Shown here: positions 26,581-28,961 of the stretch, in pieces
Layout of the letters: each line of letters opens with the position of its first letter
Position numbering within the stretch: position 1 is the stretch's first letter
Assembly: GCA_041288095.1 (NCBI GenBank)
Contig: JBGGMJ010000153.1
Coordinates: forward strand, 1 to 28,961
Length of the DNA stretch: 28,961 bases
Source of the DNA: Myxococcota bacterium
GTDB lineage: Bacteria > Myxococcota > XYA12-FULL-58-9 > JALHOP01
Direction of reading: 5' to 3'
The notes under the pieces: model-generated
What the model was told of the DNA's origin: nothing
Seen by the model: only the letters and a program-made list of their open reading frames with translations
The model's database searches: none
Program-made: the position numbers and the translations under genes

Positions 26581-28731
26581 ATGAACCCCCTCTGGCGCTG
26601 TCGTCCCGCGCTTCTTGCTGCCGCTCTGCTATCGCAGACGACTTGCTCCAAGGTGCGCCTCGAGTTCCCCGAGCGTGAGCAAGAGCTGGTCGGTGTCGAC
26701 GACAAGCTCCGCATCCAAGGCGAGTTCTGCACTTCCCCCGCCGCCAACGTCGTCTACCCCGTCAAGATCATGTTCATCGTCGACGGGTCCGGCTCGCAGC
26801 AGTTCTCCGACCAAAATCGCCAGCGTGTCGTCGCCGTCTCAGAGACCATCCAGGCGCTCATCGGCTCCGGCGCGACCTTCTTCAAAATCATCGTCTTCAA
26901 CGCCTCGGTGACACCGACCCCGCCCATCGCCGACGACGAGCCCGTCTTCACCAACGACCTCGCGCGCATCGCGCCCGGCCTCGACAATGTCGCTCAAGCG
27001 GACACCGTCACCGACTACCAGGGTGCGCTCTCAGTCGCCTACGCGGAGCTCGTCCGCGACATGGAGAGCGTCCGCAACGATCCGCTGCGTGGCTTCGCCG
27101 AGCTCGGCCGCACCAAGTACGTCATGGTGTTCATGTCAGACGGCTTCCCCGACCCGCAGTGTAAGGTCGGCCTCGGCAACGACTTCGATCCGAACTTCGC
27201 GGACGGCATCAATCGCCTCTGCGAAGACCCCGACTACATCGCCTGCATCATGCAAGCCGGTTCCTGCACCGACGGCACCCTCTGCCGCGACGACGCCGAC
27301 TGCATCACCGGTGGCGGCTGTTCCGGCCTCCCGACCTGCGGCCCCGATCCAGGCAACGGCGGCGCCTATGTGTGCACTTCAGCGGACGGCAACACGTCGT
27401 GCTTCGCCCCGGAAGATTCGAGCACCCTCTTCGGCGGCCTCGGCAACATCACGCTGCTCGGCGGCAACGACTACAACCAGCCGTACCAGATCCTCAAGCT
27501 GGTCCAGGACATCATGGACCTCGAGGATCGCTACCAAGTCGGAGAGATGCGCTTCAACTCGGCGCTCGTCCTCGATCCGCTCGCCGATCCCGCGATCATC
27601 GCCATCTTCGGCGACACCACCCAGGCGATCCCGCTAATGGAACAAATCGCCGAGGTAGGTGACGGCGACTACCTCGAGTTTTACGGCGGCGACAGCATCG
27701 ACTTCGGGTCGCTCAACTTCGATTCACTCAAGCAGACGCGCGTCGTCCGTGGCTTTTTCGTGCAGGCGGTCTCGAACCGGCTCACCGAGGGCGGCAATCT
27801 CGCGGACACCGACTTCGACGGCATGGTGGACGAGGACGAATACGACGCGGGCACCAACCCGCTCCGGGCGGACAGCGACGGCGACGGCTACGGCGACTTC
27901 ATCGAGCACAAGAAGCGCGGCTTCGGCTTCGACCCCAACGATCCCTGCTTGCCCGCTATCGTGGACATGTCACGCGGCGGCGACGCCACCCTCTGCGACG
28001 AGGACGATGCCCGGACCTGGGTGAACTGTGATCACGACGGCTTCGGCGCCGGCGCCAACTACTTCGACGACGACTTCGACGGTCTGAAGAACTGTGAGGA
28101 GCGCGCCGTGGGCACCGACCCACGCATCCCCGACACCGACGCCGACGGCCTCATCGACACCGTCGACACGCAGGCCGGCTTGTCCCCCGTCGAATGGGAC
28201 TACGATCGCGATCTCGATCAAGACGGCGTTCCGAACGGCCGCGAGGTCGAATGGCACTTGAATCCGCTCGTCTTCCAGAGCGATGTCGAGAGCCGTGAGC
28301 ACTACCGTTACGTGCGCAATGAGATCGGCAAGACGCTCGATAGCCGCACCTGTTACTCCTACGACGTGCGGCACGTGCATCTCGCCGCGACCGGCATGAG
28401 CGAAGACCTCGCCCCACCAATGACTGGTATCAACGAGATCCGGCTCTACATCCTCGAGAACATGTCGGACAACTTGTCGGGCGTCCCCTTGGTGCGCGTC
28501 GCCTGCTTGCGCCCACGTTACGTCCCGCCGACCTTGAAGATCCCGGCCAGCGGCGACGTCAACGGCCTCAACGGAGATCTCGTGGACCGCGACGGCAACC
28601 CCACCGACGCCTTGCAGCGGCAGCGTGAGCAGCGCTTCTTCCGCTACCTGGCGACACAGGATCCGATCGCCAACGACCTCCAGGACGTCGACTACTTCAA
28701 CCCAGCGGTCGATTGTCAGGTGTTGCAGTGA
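26581..28731 (+). CDS. MtsD-like VWA domain + TSP3-like Ca-binding repeat protein, probable lipoprotein, 716 aa
   Basis: GGAGG 7 nt before ATG 26581; signal with atypical lipobox (LLSQTTC); GEFCT; MIDAS PVKIMFIVDGSGS, TDYQGAL, VFMSDGFP; repeats DTDFDGMVD, DSDGDGYGD, DDDFDGLKN, DTDADGLID, DLDQDGVPN. Confidence 0.85.
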   Translation: MNPLWRCRPALLAAALLSQTTCSKVRLEFPEREQELVGVDDKLRIQGEFCTSPAANVVYPVKIMFIVDGSGSQQFSDQNRQRVVAVSETIQALIGSGATFFKIIVFNASVTPTPPIADDEPVFTNDLARIAPGLDNVAQADTVTDYQGALSVAYAELVRDMESVRNDPLRGFAELGRTKYVMVFMSDGFPDPQCKVGLGNDFDPNFADGINRLCEDPDYIACIMQAGSCTDGTLCRDDADCITGGGCSGLPTCGPDPGNGGAYVCTSADGNTSCFAPEDSSTLFGGLGNITLLGGNDYNQPYQILKLVQDIMDLEDRYQVGEMRFNSALVLDPLADPAIIAIFGDTTQAIPLMEQIAEVGDGDYLEFYGGDSIDFGSLNFDSLKQTRVVRGFFVQAVSNRLTEGGNLADTDFDGMVDEDEYDAGTNPLRADSDGDGYGDFIEHKKRGFGFDPNDPCLPAIVDMSRGGDATLCDEDDARTWVNCDHDGFGAGANYFDDDFDGLKNCEERAVGTDPRIPDTDADGLIDTVDTQAGLSPVEWDYDRDLDQDGVPNGREVEWHLNPLVFQSDVESREHYRYVRNEIGKTLDSRTCYSYDVRHVHLAATGMSEDLAPPMTGINEIRLYILENMSDNLSGVPLVRVACLRPRYVPPTLKIPASGDVNGLNGDLVDRDGNPTDALQRQREQRFFRYLATQDPIANDLQDVDYFNPAVDCQVLQ

Positions 28732-28961
28732 CGTCGTTCCGCCATCGCGGTCTTTTGGCCGCCGCTCTACTCGTCGGCACGGCGTGCACGAAGGACGAGC
28801 TCTTCGTGCCGCCCGGTTCCACCGACATCGTCCTCGACAACCGCGTCGAGCTCAACGGCAGCTTCTGCGCCGAGAACGCCGACGACCTGCGTTCGTTCTT
28901 GAAGATTGTCATCATCATGGACCGCTCGAACTCGATGAGCGTGAGCGACCCGAACAACCGC
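28728..28961 (+). CDS. Second VWA lipoprotein, paralogue of the upstream gene (3'-truncated)
   Basis: Not in the ORF track. GTG overlaps the upstream TGA; MTSFRHRGLLAAALLVGTAC (lipobox)...DNRVELNGSFC...KIVIIMDRSNS (MIDAS DxSxS); aligns with DDKLRIQGEFC...KIMFIVDGSGS upstream. Confidence 0.85.
   Translation, partial: MTSFRHRGLLAAALLVGTACTKDELFVPPGSTDIVLDNRVELNGSFCAENADDLRSFLKIVIIMDRSNSMSVSDPNNR

Overview
GC-rich window, almost certainly from a Myxococcota genome (MYXO-CTERM sorting signal, mts-like locus, myxobacterial-type Ser/Thr kinase). Left end: a >=1354-aa minus-strand ORF (4063 to <1) that is missing from the ORF track because it runs off the window. It has a LysM-like N-terminus, annexin-like helical repeats and a Gly/Ala-rich hydrophobic block. 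Next is a divergent, translationally coupled operon (GAF-GAF histidine kinase, Ser/Thr kinase, Smr protein with a 7-bp tandem repeat insertion, YkgJ-type Cys-cluster protein), then a ferredoxin, a HAMP-GGEEF diguanylate cyclase, and a 1214-aa protein with a similar hydrophobic block fused to a C-terminal DHH phosphoesterase domain. The middle is housekeeping: tRNA-Leu(GAG), secG, Leu-type amino acid dehydrogenase, S9 peptidase, tpiA, pgk, ALDH family 7. The right end is an mts-like cell-surface locus: beta-propeller/di-heme lipoprotein, LysM-TPR protein, sigma-54 promoter, TSP3/MYXO-CTERM protein, and two VWA (lipo)proteins, the last truncated. The best candidates for something new are the two giant effector-like proteins. 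No mobile elements or CRISPR arrays were seen. All family calls are from motif reading by eye, not database searches.
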